DNA of 64,000 bases from Klebsormidium nitens (Eukaryota; Plantae; Klebsormidiophyceae), in assembly GCA_000708835.1 (NCBI GenBank), contig DF237291.1, forward strand, positions 35,997-99,996. The letters are read 5' to 3'. Shown piece by piece: positions 1-13,100 of the stretch (position 1 is its first letter; each line of letters starts with the position of its first letter). Both the position numbers and the translations under genes were made by a program. The notes beneath the pieces were generated by a model that worked only from the letters and a program-made list of their open reading frames with translations, made no database searches and had not been told where the DNA came from.

Positions 1-678
1 CCCGATCAACGTCGCCGACAGTTGTTCGTTGCAATTGGTCGGTTGAGTGCACACGAGAATTTCTCACTATTAATTAAAGATAAGCTATTACTTAGAACCA
101 CTTGATGACTTTGTCATAAGTTTATACCGTCCCGTTTAGGAAGTGCATCATGCAGCTTTGCAAGATCATCCAAATAATACTTTCCCAAGTATACTATGTC
201 AAGATGGCCAGATGCTGTTTAACATTGGCAAATGCCTAGGAAAAAATTGTAATGCCAATGGAGAGAAGTACCTAGTTCGTGCTGCAGGTTTGAATGCGCC
301 TGCTTGCATGAGCTACCGGGCAGGTTGCAGGGGAACAAGGCACATCCATAGCTGCTTTAGTGTCTGTAGCGCCAGCTATGACATCAGACCGGCATCATTC
401 AGCTCCACGTTGAAGCGTATTCGGACAGGGGGCCCTCCAGCTCCACAACCTTGAAAGCAGGTGATTGCGGACGAGCCGCGTAAAGATAGAAACGACAGTC
501 CAATAGTGAAGGTCAGCTAGCAAAGAGTACCTGAATTTTCACCAGCTCAATTTTATTCAGAATGTGCTACTTGGTTTACACTGCTCGCGTCTGAACCGGG
601 CACCAAGAAGCGGTCGGCAGTTCGGTATTCGAGATAACAGAGCTAGTCCTTCGAGTACGCAAATCGCAGTTCAACGAG

Positions 679-3600
679 ATGAGCGCTCCTGGGGACAAGG
701 CGGATGCAGCAGAAACCAGAACTACGAGACAGCATTGTCTTGAGATCCTGACAAGCGGCTACCCGCAGGCATTCAAAGGTAGGCAGGACAACAAAAATCT
801 TTTCGAAGTCCTTTTACCAGTAAGACGATGCGACGTCAATGATGGGACCTATCTATTTTCGAACAGCTCGTTTGCCTTGATCCACCACATGATATGGTAA
901 TCACAAGTACCTCTGATGGTTGAGACATACTGGTTTCCTTGTGCCATGGGTAGACTTGAGACTGATTGCTATCTTGCAGAGTTCTTTGAGCTGACGCACA
1001 TCCCAACCACTGAGGCAAGCGAGGGCAGGGGAACATATGGAGAGGCGCAACTGCTGGTAAGCTGGCATGCAGTTGGCCTTTCCCCCTGGATTTCATGTTC
1101 AAGCAGAAGCTTGAAGCTGGCCGGTCGGAAAACTTCCACCACTCTTAGCGAACTTATTGTAAAGCACAATCTCCTTGTATCAAGATTGCCAACTTTCAAT
1201 TCATTATTTTGTTGTTCTGTGAACCTGCATCTGTTAGTCTGAGAACAGTCAATGCGCGTGCAGCCCAGCATCAGCCTGGTGCTCCTGCGGGGGTACTTGG
1301 TGGCAGCCGAAGCAGCAGCGCGCAAAGGTCAGCCAGCGAACCCGCATACTGCCGGTTAACGTATCTGTCCCTTCGCAATCAGCCCCTGCCGGTTCCGAAC
1401 TTAAGTCAGGCAAGAGAGATTCCACTGCATGTAAAGTTTGTCATGGCACAAAAGCTTCTTCCAAAGCGACTACTACAGGCTCTTCTAGTAGGGCGAAAGC
1501 CAGGCCTTTAATCTTTCATTTGCAATGATGCAGGAGAAATGGGCTCTGTGTATCTAGCTTATCGTGAGCTGGCAGAACACTTCGAGGCGTCAGAACAGGA
1601 ACCACCAGCAATTGAGTACTACCGCAAGTGCCTAGAGATAGCCCGGGATGCGAATCACAGGGGCCTGCAAATGGAGGTAGGCAAACCAGCATTGAAAACC
1701 CCAAGTAGTGGCACTACTTCGCCTACAGCCGTATTCCTTGAGCTCAATCGAATACGATACTCATCCAGCTTATGTGAAGAGGGACTTGAGCAGTGCGTAA
1801 CCTGTCCCCATGTTTTCAGAGGCCTCAGTGCATGCAGATGTTGTCAAAAGTCCCTCCGTTTGGACTCTGTTGATGGACCAGCTCTTGTTTAGGTGAGGGG
1901 TGGCTCAAACACCCTTATGAATCACCTCGGGAGGAATGAATCTGGGGTGATTGTATACGTCTCGTTTGAGAGGTTCTTGTCACACAGTCATTCTGAAGGC
2001 CTGTGACTTGGCTCAGTCCGACCTAGTATGATGATCGAAAACGATGCAGATGGTCCAATATCTTCTCATGGACAGGTGCACTTGCGACGTGGGGCGCAAC
2101 TGTGGTTGTTCTTTGCCTGCCCACCCTGGGCAGATGAAGAGCCAAGACCTGCCTTACATCATGTTCGCAGGCGTACGAGCGGCTGGGCTGCGCACACGAG
2201 CGACACGTGGACCTGCTGCAATCGATTGCCTTTTTCGAGAAGCAAGCCGCGCTGGCGCAGAGCGGGCCCGACATACAGAGGGCCACCACGCACCTGCGCG
2301 AGGTACACTGGCGGGGCAAAGGGCCGCACATACTGCTGGATCTTATGCCATTAATTTCTTTGACGGGGCCTCGAGTGTCTCCATGTGGTCAATGATGATG
2401 TCAAGGAGCCTTGAAACCAACCTCAGAACGCATAAATACATGGTTGTGATCATCTTGCCTCACTTGCGGTGCAGGTGTACTGGAAACGAGCGGAGCAACT
2501 AGAGCGGGAGAAGGACTACCCAGGGGCGATTGCCGACTACCAAGAAGTGAGCCGGGAATTCGTTATTTTTTATCTACTCGGGGGTGTGAGCTGGCTGCCA
2601 ACTTTTTCACTGATTCGCCAATATTTCCTTTGAGATTGTCTTCGGCTGGCCCCCGCTAAGTTACTCCGAGGCGCCGGAAGAAAGTCCCACAAGATTCCAT
2701 GAAAATGTTGCTCATTCTAGGTGCGCCGCGCAGGTGGTGGCGGCTGCGCAGACGCTGGGCGACGTGCGGTGGGAGGGGCAGGCGTGCTACCGGCTGGGTC
2801 TGGTGTTCACGCGCACCGGCGACCCCACCACCGCGCTGCCGCACCTGCACAAGTACCGGGACATCTGCCAGCATGATGGCGACCGGGTGAGCCGCAGCGG
2901 AACTGCGTGAAGTGGTGCTTGAAGAGGTCTTTACAGGGGCGACTTGATTGGTATTTTTGCATGCGCTCTGGGATAGCAAGGCGGAGCGTCAGAACAGACG
3001 AGCCCGCTCCTCTATGCTCCGCGAAGAAACGTCCGGTTCGGTCCGGCCAGACGAGGTCTACCAGATGTGAAAAGCAACAATGCTGCTGTGCTTGTAAGGC
3101 GAAACCTTGTACGATGCTCGCTGCTTCCCGGTCTGATGGGCGGCCGGCTTGGTTGCAGGTGGGCGAGGGCCAGGCGTGCTGCGCGCTCGCCGAGGCGTAC
3201 CAGGCGGTGGGCGACACCGGGGAGGCGCTCGCGCACCTGGAGGCCTTCCTCGCGGTCGCCAACACCGCGGAGCCCGCGCTCCAGGTCAGCTCTCACGATG
3301 CTGCCAGTCACAACGTAGATCCGCCTGAGCGTTCTGTTGCGATCTGGAGAGCGTTTGCTTTTGAAACCTCTGGGAAGCATGCCTCCCTAATTCTCCAATC
3401 CTGCTGGTAAGGCCTGCTCCTTTTCTCCGGCGCCTCTTCAATGTTGTTCCGTGGTGTTGGCACCCGAAAAACAGTCCCAAGCGGTGGAGGTCGCTGCCGG
3501 GTTTTCTTGCTAGCGTGCTGAGCCACGTTGTTTGCAGGCGCGCGCGTGCTGCAGCCTGGGCGTCATCTACGGGCAGCAGGGCGACCTGGAGCGCGCCCTG

Positions 3601-3810
3601 GCCTACTTCGAACAGTTCTTCGCTCTGGCCACCACCACGGCCGACCGCGCCATGATTGATGCGGCCCGCACGCACCTGGGGCGCGCGCGAGCGCGCATGA
3701 ACATGGGCACCTTTATGAGTACCGTCGAGAGCGCAGACGGTAACGCACAGAGCCTCTTGGGGTGGAAGCTCGACCGGCTGCCGCTGCAAATGGCGGCGCA
3801 GTCAGGCTGA
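679..3810 (+). CDS. TTC29: Tetratricopeptide repeat protein 29-like (axonemal TPR protein), 9 exons
   Basis: Exons 679-778, 980-1056, 1264-1327, 1534-1676, 2171-2302, 2475-2546, 2734-2886, 3159-3284, 3538-3810 all have GT-AG ends and compatible phases. N-terminus HCLEILTSGYPQAFKEFFEL resembles TTC29. TPR-like units EGQACYRLG, EGQACCALAEAY, ARACCSLGVIY; C-terminal AARTHLGRAR. Confidence 0.8.
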
Positions 3811-4812
3811 TCAACCGGGGGGGAAGTCCTTCTTGGAGCCGCACTAGTGCTACTTTGTTCTGATTATCCACTTCACTGCAGCGTTGGCGTTCTGCAGGAA
3901 AACTCTGAGAATCGTCTTTTTCGGAGACGAACTCGTGATGCAGCTCGTGAAAGCATCTGCCATTCACTCGCAGTGAATGTTGTCGTCGCTCGACGACATC
4001 AGACTCAGACACAAATTAAAGAGCTTAAAAAGCATGGCATGGTTGGGACGACCAAACACAGATTGGCAAACATGATGAATGCGTCATTGGTTGCTCTCAA
4101 GTACGTGAGTCCTTCTGAGTAGAGGATTCGCACGAGGCTGTGGCTTGCGAAATGGTGTGCGTAAAACGAAGAAAGTGAGCTTAGGGCTCAAATGCCAAGA
4201 TTTAGAAGTGCTCTTTGCGCTCGACGTCAATCATAAGACGTTGACATTGATACTGTGTTCTGGAGTCCAGCGTGCCGAAAGCTGATCCAGGCAACGTTGA
4301 GACCTTTTCGACTCATGTATCGCTTGCTTATGCTTCCTTAACATGAACGAAAGGAGTTCTACGTGTCAGCTTGAAAGCGTTTTTCCAAGTTTGCTCGAAC
4401 ATTGAACATGCGCCAAGTGCGGCAAGGGTTCATTGGATAAGCTGATTCTGATTCAATCACGTCGAAGCAATTATTGTTATAATGCTCACATGCAATCTTT
4501 TTACCCTTCAAACGCTCGTACGTCCAGCTTTGTGACCCATGGGCCAGCTATCGAGCTCCAGGCTTCAGTCGGACCGTATGCCAGTACTGGCCATGGTGCA
4601 TAGTTATCCTTATGTATGACGTGTTCGAGCTTCAAAGCCTGCCTCACTGGCTAACTTACTTTTTTGTTGGCAAGGCGTGATTTAGTGAGATAGTACTGTT
4701 AAAAGCTACCGTCTCAGTGTAGTTACACTAGGCCGGTTGCCAGCTGGCAACCCCAGCTGATGTCATGACGTGGTTATGACGTTGGAGCAACTACAGTTCG
4801 GGAGCCGTCAAG

Positions 4813-5170
4813 CAGGGGGACCAAACACCCCAGGTACTATAAGAAAGTTAGCAACATGAACCATGTGCCAGCAGCTGAACGGCTAATTGCCCGGAACTGA
4901 AAATTGTTGGGATTGAACCTCCACAGGGTCACCTTTCAAAACCCAGAGTTTGGGGTCCGGGCAACGCGCCGTTTAGGAGGAATCGGGGGCAGGTTTAGAT
5001 AGGTTAACCAGCCAAGAAACTATTAACCTACCTCTAACACTCGTCTCAACCCTTTCCTCAGACCAAAGGGACATCCAATTTATGCAATCTCGACCGTCCA
5101 GATTGGGGAAAAAATCATCTGACGGTGCGGATCATGGTTCGCCCAGTGTCAGTGGTGTTTGGTCCCCCTG
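4813..5170. mobile_element. hAT-like MITE (358 bp)
   Basis: Perfect 17-bp terminal inverted repeats CAGGGGGACCAAACACC (4813-4829) / GGTGTTTGGTCCCCCTG (5154-5170). Flanking 8-mers CCGTCAAG and CCTCCAAG match 6/8, consistent with a decayed 8-bp TSD. No transposase inside. Confidence 0.7.
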
Positions 5171-5792
5171 CCTCCAAGCCTCCTCTTCGCGTGCGTAGGG
5201 ATTACTGATTTCCCGATCACATATTTTTGATAACCGACGAGTATCTTCGAAGAGCTCGTCGGACTTCCATCGACGGTTTCAGAAGCATTGGCAAAAACAA
5301 GTACAGTCGATCGACGGCTCAGATTGAGCTTCAACACAAAGTCTGCCAACGCAAATTCTAATGGTCTGAACTGCACTACGGCATCCCTCTGATCAATTGC
5401 AACCTTGTACCTATAATTATATGTAAACTCCACAACTATGTACTGCGTTCCAATTTTGGCTTTGTGTGCAGAACTGCAACCGCATGCACCATGCGAAGAA
5501 TAGCTGGAGAATGCCAAGAGCCTGCACGTCACTATCTAAAAAGCAGGCGGACCATGCTGTAGCCGAGAGGCTTTTCGGATGATTTCATGGCTATGTGCCT
5601 CGTCAACATATTAGCATTTCTCCAAATTGAGGAATCCTTGGGAGACTGGAATTGTCGGCATTGTGCAACATCCGAAAGCTAAGAGCAGTCAACCTGCAAT
5701 GTCGCTTCTGTGAGGTTGAAGGTCTGCCTTCAGATACGAGCGAAGCATGTAATGCTGAGGACAGGCGTCAGGGAAGTAGAGGGTCAAGGAAG

Positions 5793-8634
5793 ATGGATCC
5801 TTCCGCGCCGAACAACAGCTCCAGGAATGCAACTTCAAGCAGGTACTGAACCACAGCTTATATTTAAGAGGTAACGTGCTGGGCCATAGCATTGGTGTTT
5901 TGCATGGAAGCGATGCATTAATATGTCATTCTCAGGCTCTTACGAGTGGCGCAATGCTGCTAATGTTTGGGTGCTTGCAGATTGCAATGCGTGCGCGAAG
6001 ACCAGGTTCGACTGCCCAGTCTATCTTCATCCCAGGCAATGTTTGAACAACAGCTGTCTGAACGCTTGTCATTCTTTTGATGATGCAGCGCTTCTTCTTC
6101 TTATTCTTCACCCCTGCGGCCCACCATGGGTGAATCGAACAAGGGCAACAGCTGCATGGATGAGGCCACCCCACAGATGCAAGGCTGTCCCACTTTCCGG
6201 CCTCTGCCAAGCTCCCTTGTCCGAGACATAGCAGAGTGGCGTCCAGAGGGGCTGAAGCAAGTGAAGGCACCCCTTGTTGAAACAGGGGATGTTGAGGATG
6301 ATCGATCCTCGGGGGTCCTTTCCTGGGCACACTCTGCCAGGGTACGGCTGTCAGACTCGTCGCAGACCGTGGCTGCAGGCGTTGCCAGCACCTCAGGACG
6401 CCCCTTTGAGCAGACCAGCTTCGCCTCCGCATCCCTGACACCTGTCCCAGACGAACCCAGTGCCTCTGAATCACAATACAGTGCCAGCTGGGCGGACATT
6501 GACAGCTGGCGCCCCTCGGGTCTCTCCCCACTGAAGGCCCTTCGCCCCGCAGTTCCCCCCCCAGCTGTTGAGATCCTTTGCAGGCAGCCTGTGTCTGCCC
6601 CCCGCGAGTTGCCCCTGGACCTGGTAGAGGCCATTGCCTCCTTCCGGCCTTTTGGCCTGGCCCCCATCCGTGTGCAGGCACGTGATGATGACAGTGAAGC
6701 GGACTCCAGCAGCAGTGCCGGCGGGACCCCTCAGGCGCCCCATGCCAATGACAGAGCCCCCACCACAGCATTTGAGGTTGAGAGGCAAGCTGCAGACTGG
6801 CGGCCAGCTGGCTTGAAGCCCATTCGCATCAGGCGGGCAGCCATAGATGAAAGCCAGAACACCCCCACTGCACCCAAAGCTGCGGGCGCCAGCCTCCGCT
6901 GCGTCTTTGGGTCTCCAGAAATGGACAGCCCGCGTGCCCCCCCCACACCGAACGAAGCAGACAACAGCCTATCGCCCACGGTCATCCCGGACCTGACTGC
7001 CTGGCGGCCGGGCCTCTCCCCCCTGCGCATGTCCAGCCCGCCCCAGCCAGGCAGCGGCGAGCCCTCCCCCCGCTCGCAGGCCAGCCCGCTGCCGTCCCCG
7101 CACTCAGGCTCTCCTCGCCCGCGCTCGCGCGACACCGTTCGCCTGGAGCGCGACCTGGGGCCCCTCCCCGCACTGCTGGCGGAGGGCAAGCCCAGCGGCG
7201 CGGCGAGCGGGCGCAGCAGCCCAGGCACGCCGCGGTTCAAGAGCCAGGCGCAGCGCAAGGGCCTCACCATCCAGAGCCGGCTGCGCCGCGACGACGCAGA
7301 CAGCAACGCGGACAGCGAGAACACGCCCCCGGGCAGCATCACTCCCAGCGTCACACCGGGGGCGTCCACGCCAAAGGCTTCCACCCCGAAGTCGCCCGGG
7401 CCGTCCCCACTGGTACCCTCCAACAGGCAAAGGGCAGCGCAGGCAGGGCGGTGGGGGGAGAAGGAGGCCAAGAAGAGCGGGGCAGAGAGCACGGCAAAGG
7501 ACGAGCTTGCTAGCGCTGTGCAGGTGAGCCTCGGCTCTAGCTCTTAAAACGGCCGCACGACGACCCCTCTTTGTCATATGCCGCATGCTCTGACCAGTCT
7601 CAGAACAGTCGTTTTGGAAAGGTTTCAGCTGCCAAATACCAGACCATCGCATCTCAGGACCAGCTGACCATATCTTTCCAAATCAAGAGTCTCGACAGTG
7701 CGGAACAATTCCAAGCTTAAATCATCATCAATCAGCTTCGAAAGGACACTCCCTGAAAGAAAACCAGCCGAGCTTCTCACATCGGCTTCGCTTTGCGTCT
7801 TCAGCTGCTGGTTGCCCTTCCCTCGTTGGCGATGCTGGACCGTTCAAGCCTTCAGGACGTGGCGGGAGCGGCGAAGCTGCAGCGGTATGGACCGTCCGAG
7901 ACCGTGGTCCACCAAGTAAGCCGTTCCTGAACCTACTAGGTAGCTTCCCAGCCTCCATCTGTGCTCGCATGTATTTAGCAAAACACAGCGTGCAGCTTTG
8001 CTGGTTGTGGAAATTCATCCAGAGTGCGACTATTCAACAAGCTGTTCCGAAGGACGTAGGACCGAGCTTATGCGCGCTGCGTCCTTTCCCTGAGACGGGC
8101 GACGTCACTTGTGCAGGGCGCTCCGGTGGACACTCTGCTCCTGGTGGTGCGCGGTACGCTGGCGGCCTGGCAGGACGGTACGGCCACGCCGCTCTTCCAC
8201 CTCTCCGAGGGCGCCGCCTGCCCGCATCGCATCTCAGCGGGTGAGGCACAAGGCACACGCAACCGCTGTCTTAGTCGAAGAAACCCTCATGCTCGCGGAC
8301 TGATGATCCGTTGGGATCGCTCGACACAAGCAACACTATCCTCTGGTACAGAGATGATCTCTGCAAGCGTAGACATTTTTCCAACTGAACATTGGGACCG
8401 ATTCAAAGCGCTGTGTTCCTGTGTTCTGTCCCTTACGAGTGATCCGACACTCGGTGGCCCTCTGAGTTTGCTTCGGTGTGTGCAGCATCCCTCCCCGGGT
8501 GGGCTGCCAGCATGGTGGCCGGCGAGCAGGGCGCCAGCTGCCTGCTGGTACCGCTGCACGCCATCCACAAGAGGGCCACGCCGCCCAGCGCGGGGCCGCC
8601 CGACCAGGGCCTGGCATCGGAGAGCGTGTACTGA
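5793..8634 (+). CDS. Unknown Ser/Pro-rich protein with internal peptide repeats and a C-terminal cyclic-nucleotide-binding-like domain
   Basis: Proposed exons 5793-5842, 6089-7523, 7805-7915, 8117-8240, 8487-8634 (GT-AG, phases compatible). C-terminal LPSLAMLDRSSLQDVAGAAKLQRYGPSETVVHQGAPVDTLLLVVRGTL follows the CNB pattern. The start codon and last junctions are less certain. Confidence 0.65.
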
Positions 8635-10136
8635 AGGAACAAGCGGCTCTCAGCTGTGGATATTAACCTTCAAGTTGATGCCAAAATCTATGTTGTTGCT
8701 GACTCGTGTTTTGGAAAATTCACAATCCGGGTCCTTCATCGAAGACGTGTGTTGGATGCAAAGAGTTTCGTCCGACCTGGTTCTAAGAAAGACAGCTTTT
8801 AAGTTGCAATTATCCGCGGTGGTGAATGAGCGTTGGGAGGACGAGTAGCTGCAGAGATTGAAGACGGGTAGACAATTTCTGACGTCGAACAAAGGCCTTG
8901 GTCGACTGGTGCACGCGGCTGTATAATAGACTATTAGATTGAAGTTAACGTATATGTGAGACTCCGTTTAAATACACTAGCAGGTCCAATGCAAGAGCGT
9001 CTTTGACGGGCGGTGCGCATGGTCACTAATGAGGATCGATCTTCGAAAGGCAAAGATGCATGATAAGAATACCAAGCAGTTAAGAAGTCAAGTTGTCCTG
9101 ATTCTCAGTGAGTCAACGGGCAATAGGTTCGTAACTTGCTTCAAGGCGTGCCCCATGGGCCCCGGCCATAATGCAGCCTGGCCCTAGATCCGCTTAAATT
9201 TATAACCCGAGCATGCTCTAAATCGAGGGCACATGCATGTGCAATGGATTGATGTGCACATTGCAATGCCAGACCGAATCACGTACGGCCGCTCACGTGG
9301 AGTATATATGTGAACTTGGCAACTTCAATTGACTGGCGGCCGCCCAGAATTTACAATCTTCCGGGGCATGCATGGTTTTAAGGGGACGTACCGGACTCGA
9401 ACCTGATTCCTTGTGCGATATCGAATATAGTAAGTTGCAGCTGGAAGGGTTCCCATCAGGTCGATCCGACACGTACAGTCGCGCCGCCATTTTCAAGTCA
9501 GGTGCTAACACTCATAGAGTGGTGGCAGCTGGCATGATCCACCGCGTGATCGTAGATCGGACTGCAAACAATCTCCAATGCATGGCGGTCACCATATAAT
9601 GAGGATCCAGCGACAACGTACCTCTTCGTCCGCATATGTTGGATTACTTAAAAATAGCTGTAATCACTTCGCCAGAACTGATACAGTCAACAACTGGCGG
9701 AATGTTTTGTACATCGTTTTTGATGCCGACAGGCCGGCAGAAAGCTCGCTAGCTGGAAGCCGATTTTCGGCGCCCATGGCTTATTGGGCTGATCTAGGCT
9801 AAGCAGGGTTTACGTTTGACGCTTCGGACGCGCCCCACCGTCACTTCGGACTCATTGTACATAGAGTGGTCCTAGATCGACTGCGAGTCCAGGTCCCAGC
9901 TTCAGTGCTTCAGTACGTTTGAACTACGGTAAGAATTGCCTGTAGGATTTGACGACAAAAACCTGATACCTTACATTTGTAAAGGAGGCTCCTACAGCGC
10001 TGCACATCTCCTGTACATGCCTTAAATTTGGGCAGTGGAAAAGCGGCGAGCAACTAGGCGAGCAAGCAGAAACCGTTCCCCCGCGAGGACTGGCAAAAGC
10101 CCTTTCCGAAGTACGCTTCTCTTCGGTGGGGCTGGC

Positions 10137-13100
10137 TCAGCGGATGGCCAGCTGCGTGAGGTGCGTCCATGTGGGCCGGCGGTAGCGGCGCAGCAGCAGG
10201 CTGGAGCAGACGACCGAGACGGACGAGAAGGCCATGGCGGCGCCGGCCACCCACGGCGGCAGCCGCACGCGCGCGGCCGGGTACAGCGCGCCTGCCGCGA
10301 TGGGGATGCCCAGCAGGTTGTACCCGACGGCCCAGCCGTAGTTGAGCAGGATGCGCCGGAAGGTGGCGCGCGCCAGGTGGATGGCGGTGACGACGTCCTC
10401 CAGGTTGCTGCGGATGAGCACGCAGTCCGCGGCCTCGATGGCGATGTCCGTGCCCGCCCCGATGGCCAGGCCCACGTCCGCGGCCGCCAGCGCGGGGCTG
10501 TCGTTCACGCCGTCCCCGACCATGGCCACGCACGTGCCGCGCGCCTGCAGCTCGCGCACCAGGGCGGCCTTGCCCGCGGGGAGCACCTCCGCGTACACCT
10601 CGCCGATGCCCACCTGGCACGCGGGAGGAAGCGCAGAGTGAGCAAACACAGGTGCGAACATTGGCTCCTCGGAGTGGTTTTGAGGAACGGGGACGCGAAT
10701 TCGAGGACCTAGCCGCCCTTGTAACAGCTTTCAAATCAGATCGTGTCTCCTCCTCTTGGCGACTCAATGAAACAGTGAAAAGGTAGGTGGCCGTACGAAT
10801 TGAACAAAGACGCCTTCTTAGATCTACCAAAATCAGTCCTGATTCCAACGTCAAGCGCTAGTCGCGCACCTCGTGTGCGATGCCCCGAGCGGTGCTCCAG
10901 TTGTCGCCCGTCATCATGACGCTGCGGATGCCCATGCTGCGCAGCGCCGCCACCACTGCGGCCGCCTCCGGCTTCACCGGGTCCGACACGGCCAGCCCCG
11001 CCGCGAGCTGCCCGTCCACCGCCACCAGCAGCCCCGTGCGCGCCGCGAGCTCGCCCGCCGCCAAAAACTCCTCCGCGCCCAGGCCGATCCGCACGCCACG
11101 CGCGTCCATGAGCCGGCGGTTGCCCACCAGCACCTCGCGCCCCTTGACGCGCCCGCGCACGCCCTGCCCCACGATCGCCTCGAACTCGTCCGCGCGCTGC
11201 ATCCAGCTCGTGTCCGTCACGCCCGACGACGACAAAGCGGGCGGCAGCGCCGGGCCGCTCGCCGTGTAGCGCGCGTGCGAGAGAATGGCTGTTGCGAGGG
11301 GGTGCTCGCTGTGCGCTTCCACCGCGGCCGCCAGCGGCAGCACGTCCGACAGGCGGTGCAGGCCGAACTCGCGGGAGGCGGTCACGGTGGGACGGCCCAC
11401 GGTCAAAGTGCCCGTCTTGTCGAACACCACGCAGCGCACCTGCAAAAAGGGAAAGGACGGCGTTATAGATGTTTCGAGGGCCGGGGGAGGACGGCAGAGA
11501 TTGACAAGCGCCGTATTAAGGAGGGCAAACTGAGGAAGTCCGCGGAGCTGTGCCCAAAGCCACAAGCAAGTCGATCACGGAACCTCCTGACACCTCCATC
11601 TTTGAGCCTTGGCTCGCAGAAGCAGGAAAACATCTCGATGTCGCAGCATGGCGCCAGACAACATGCAAGGCATTACTATATGAACTTTCTTGAGTGCATG
11701 TGTCCTCAAAAGTAGCCAGGTGCCCCGTTTTCGTACGCAAGTGTCGGGCCAGCTGGGGCTTACGTTGTGCGCCTTCTCGAGCGCCTCCCCGCCCTTGATC
11801 AGTATGCCATTGGTTGCGCCGATCCCCGTGGCGACCATGACGGCGGTGGGCGTGGCCAGCCCCAGCGCGCACGGGCACGCGATGACCAGCACCGAGATGC
11901 CGAAGAGGAACGCGAGCAGAAAGTGGTCCGTGGAGGCCGGCAGCCACGCCGCGGGGTAGCCGCCCGTCACGCCCGCCACGTACCAGCCCAGCCACGTCAG
12001 CACGGCCGCCAGCACGACGAGGGGCACGAAGATGGCGGACACGCGGTCCGCAAACTTCTGGATGGGCGCCTTGCTCAGCTGCGCAGCGGTGACCAGGCGC
12101 ACAATCTGGGGAGGGGGGGGAGACGGCAGTGTCTTTCACTTGTGCCGACCGCTTCACATCAACACAGGCTTGGCTGCTTAGGCAATCACGTATGTCAGCT
12201 TTTTCCTGGACGAGGAAAAGTGTTTTGACGCGACAATTTCTTGTGTTCATCCTGCTATTATGCACGTGCCAGCAAGCTCGATGCACAGGTGACCTAGGCG
12301 TCCGTGTGTGTCAGCCCGGCCGCTTCCCCGCCCTCCCTTGCTGCCGTGGCCTAGTGCCTCACCTGCGCCAGCGCCGTGTCCCCCCCCACATGCACCGCGC
12401 GCACGTGCAGCGCGCCATGCGTGTTGAGGGTACCCGTGATGACGTTGTCGCCCACGTGCTTGGACACCGGCCGCGCCTCGCCCGTAACCATGCTTTCGTT
12501 CACGTGACTACTCCCCCACTTGACCACGCCGTCAGCAGGAATCTGCAGAATAGAAACTTTAGCTCGAAGGTTGGGCTTGGCACTTGGGGTACTTTATATG
12601 TTCGATGAGAAGCGGGCTCAACAGCGCCTCATCAAGAGGTGTCCATCGTGTGAGCTTTTGCGTTTCTAGCGGGGCAGCATATCAGTATAATCAGGCATAG
12701 CGACAGGACCACTTTGGAAGCCGAAATGATTGATCTTACCTCCCTTATGACACGTCGTGAAAGTGCCCTGCGAAGAATTGCCTCAAATTGAACGGCAAGA
12801 AGGTTCCCTCAAGATAATCACTCAGTCATGAACCCGATGTCCGCACGTTATGTTTCTGACTACTTGCTAAAGGAGAAAACAAAAGTCGAACCACCCGTCC
12901 AGCCTGGTTCATCGTGTGGGATTTGGATCTCAACCTCTCGTGCGCACCCGTGCGTGCTCACCTTGGCCCCTGGCGGCACCTTGAGCGTGTCCCCCCGTTG
13001 GATGAGGAAGGCCTCGATCTCCTGCTCGCTCACCCCGCGGCCGTTCGCGTCCAGCGTCAGCAGCGTGGCCGTCGACGGGGCCAGCCGCAGCAGCGCGCTG

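Noticed and set aside
143-560. Possible exon of a divergent gene left of TTC29
   Set aside because: Splice-like signals exist on the minus strand, but I could not build an open, recognisable frame.
5149-5532. 127-aa minus-strand ORF with a protein-like middle
   Set aside because: No ATG-supported start, no recognisable motif, no GC3 bias like the real exons, and it overlaps the MITE end.
5932-7652. Long antisense and alternative-frame ORFs over GC-rich exons (here and throughout the window)
   Set aside because: Shadow ORFs expected from high GC3 codon bias; no independent motifs.
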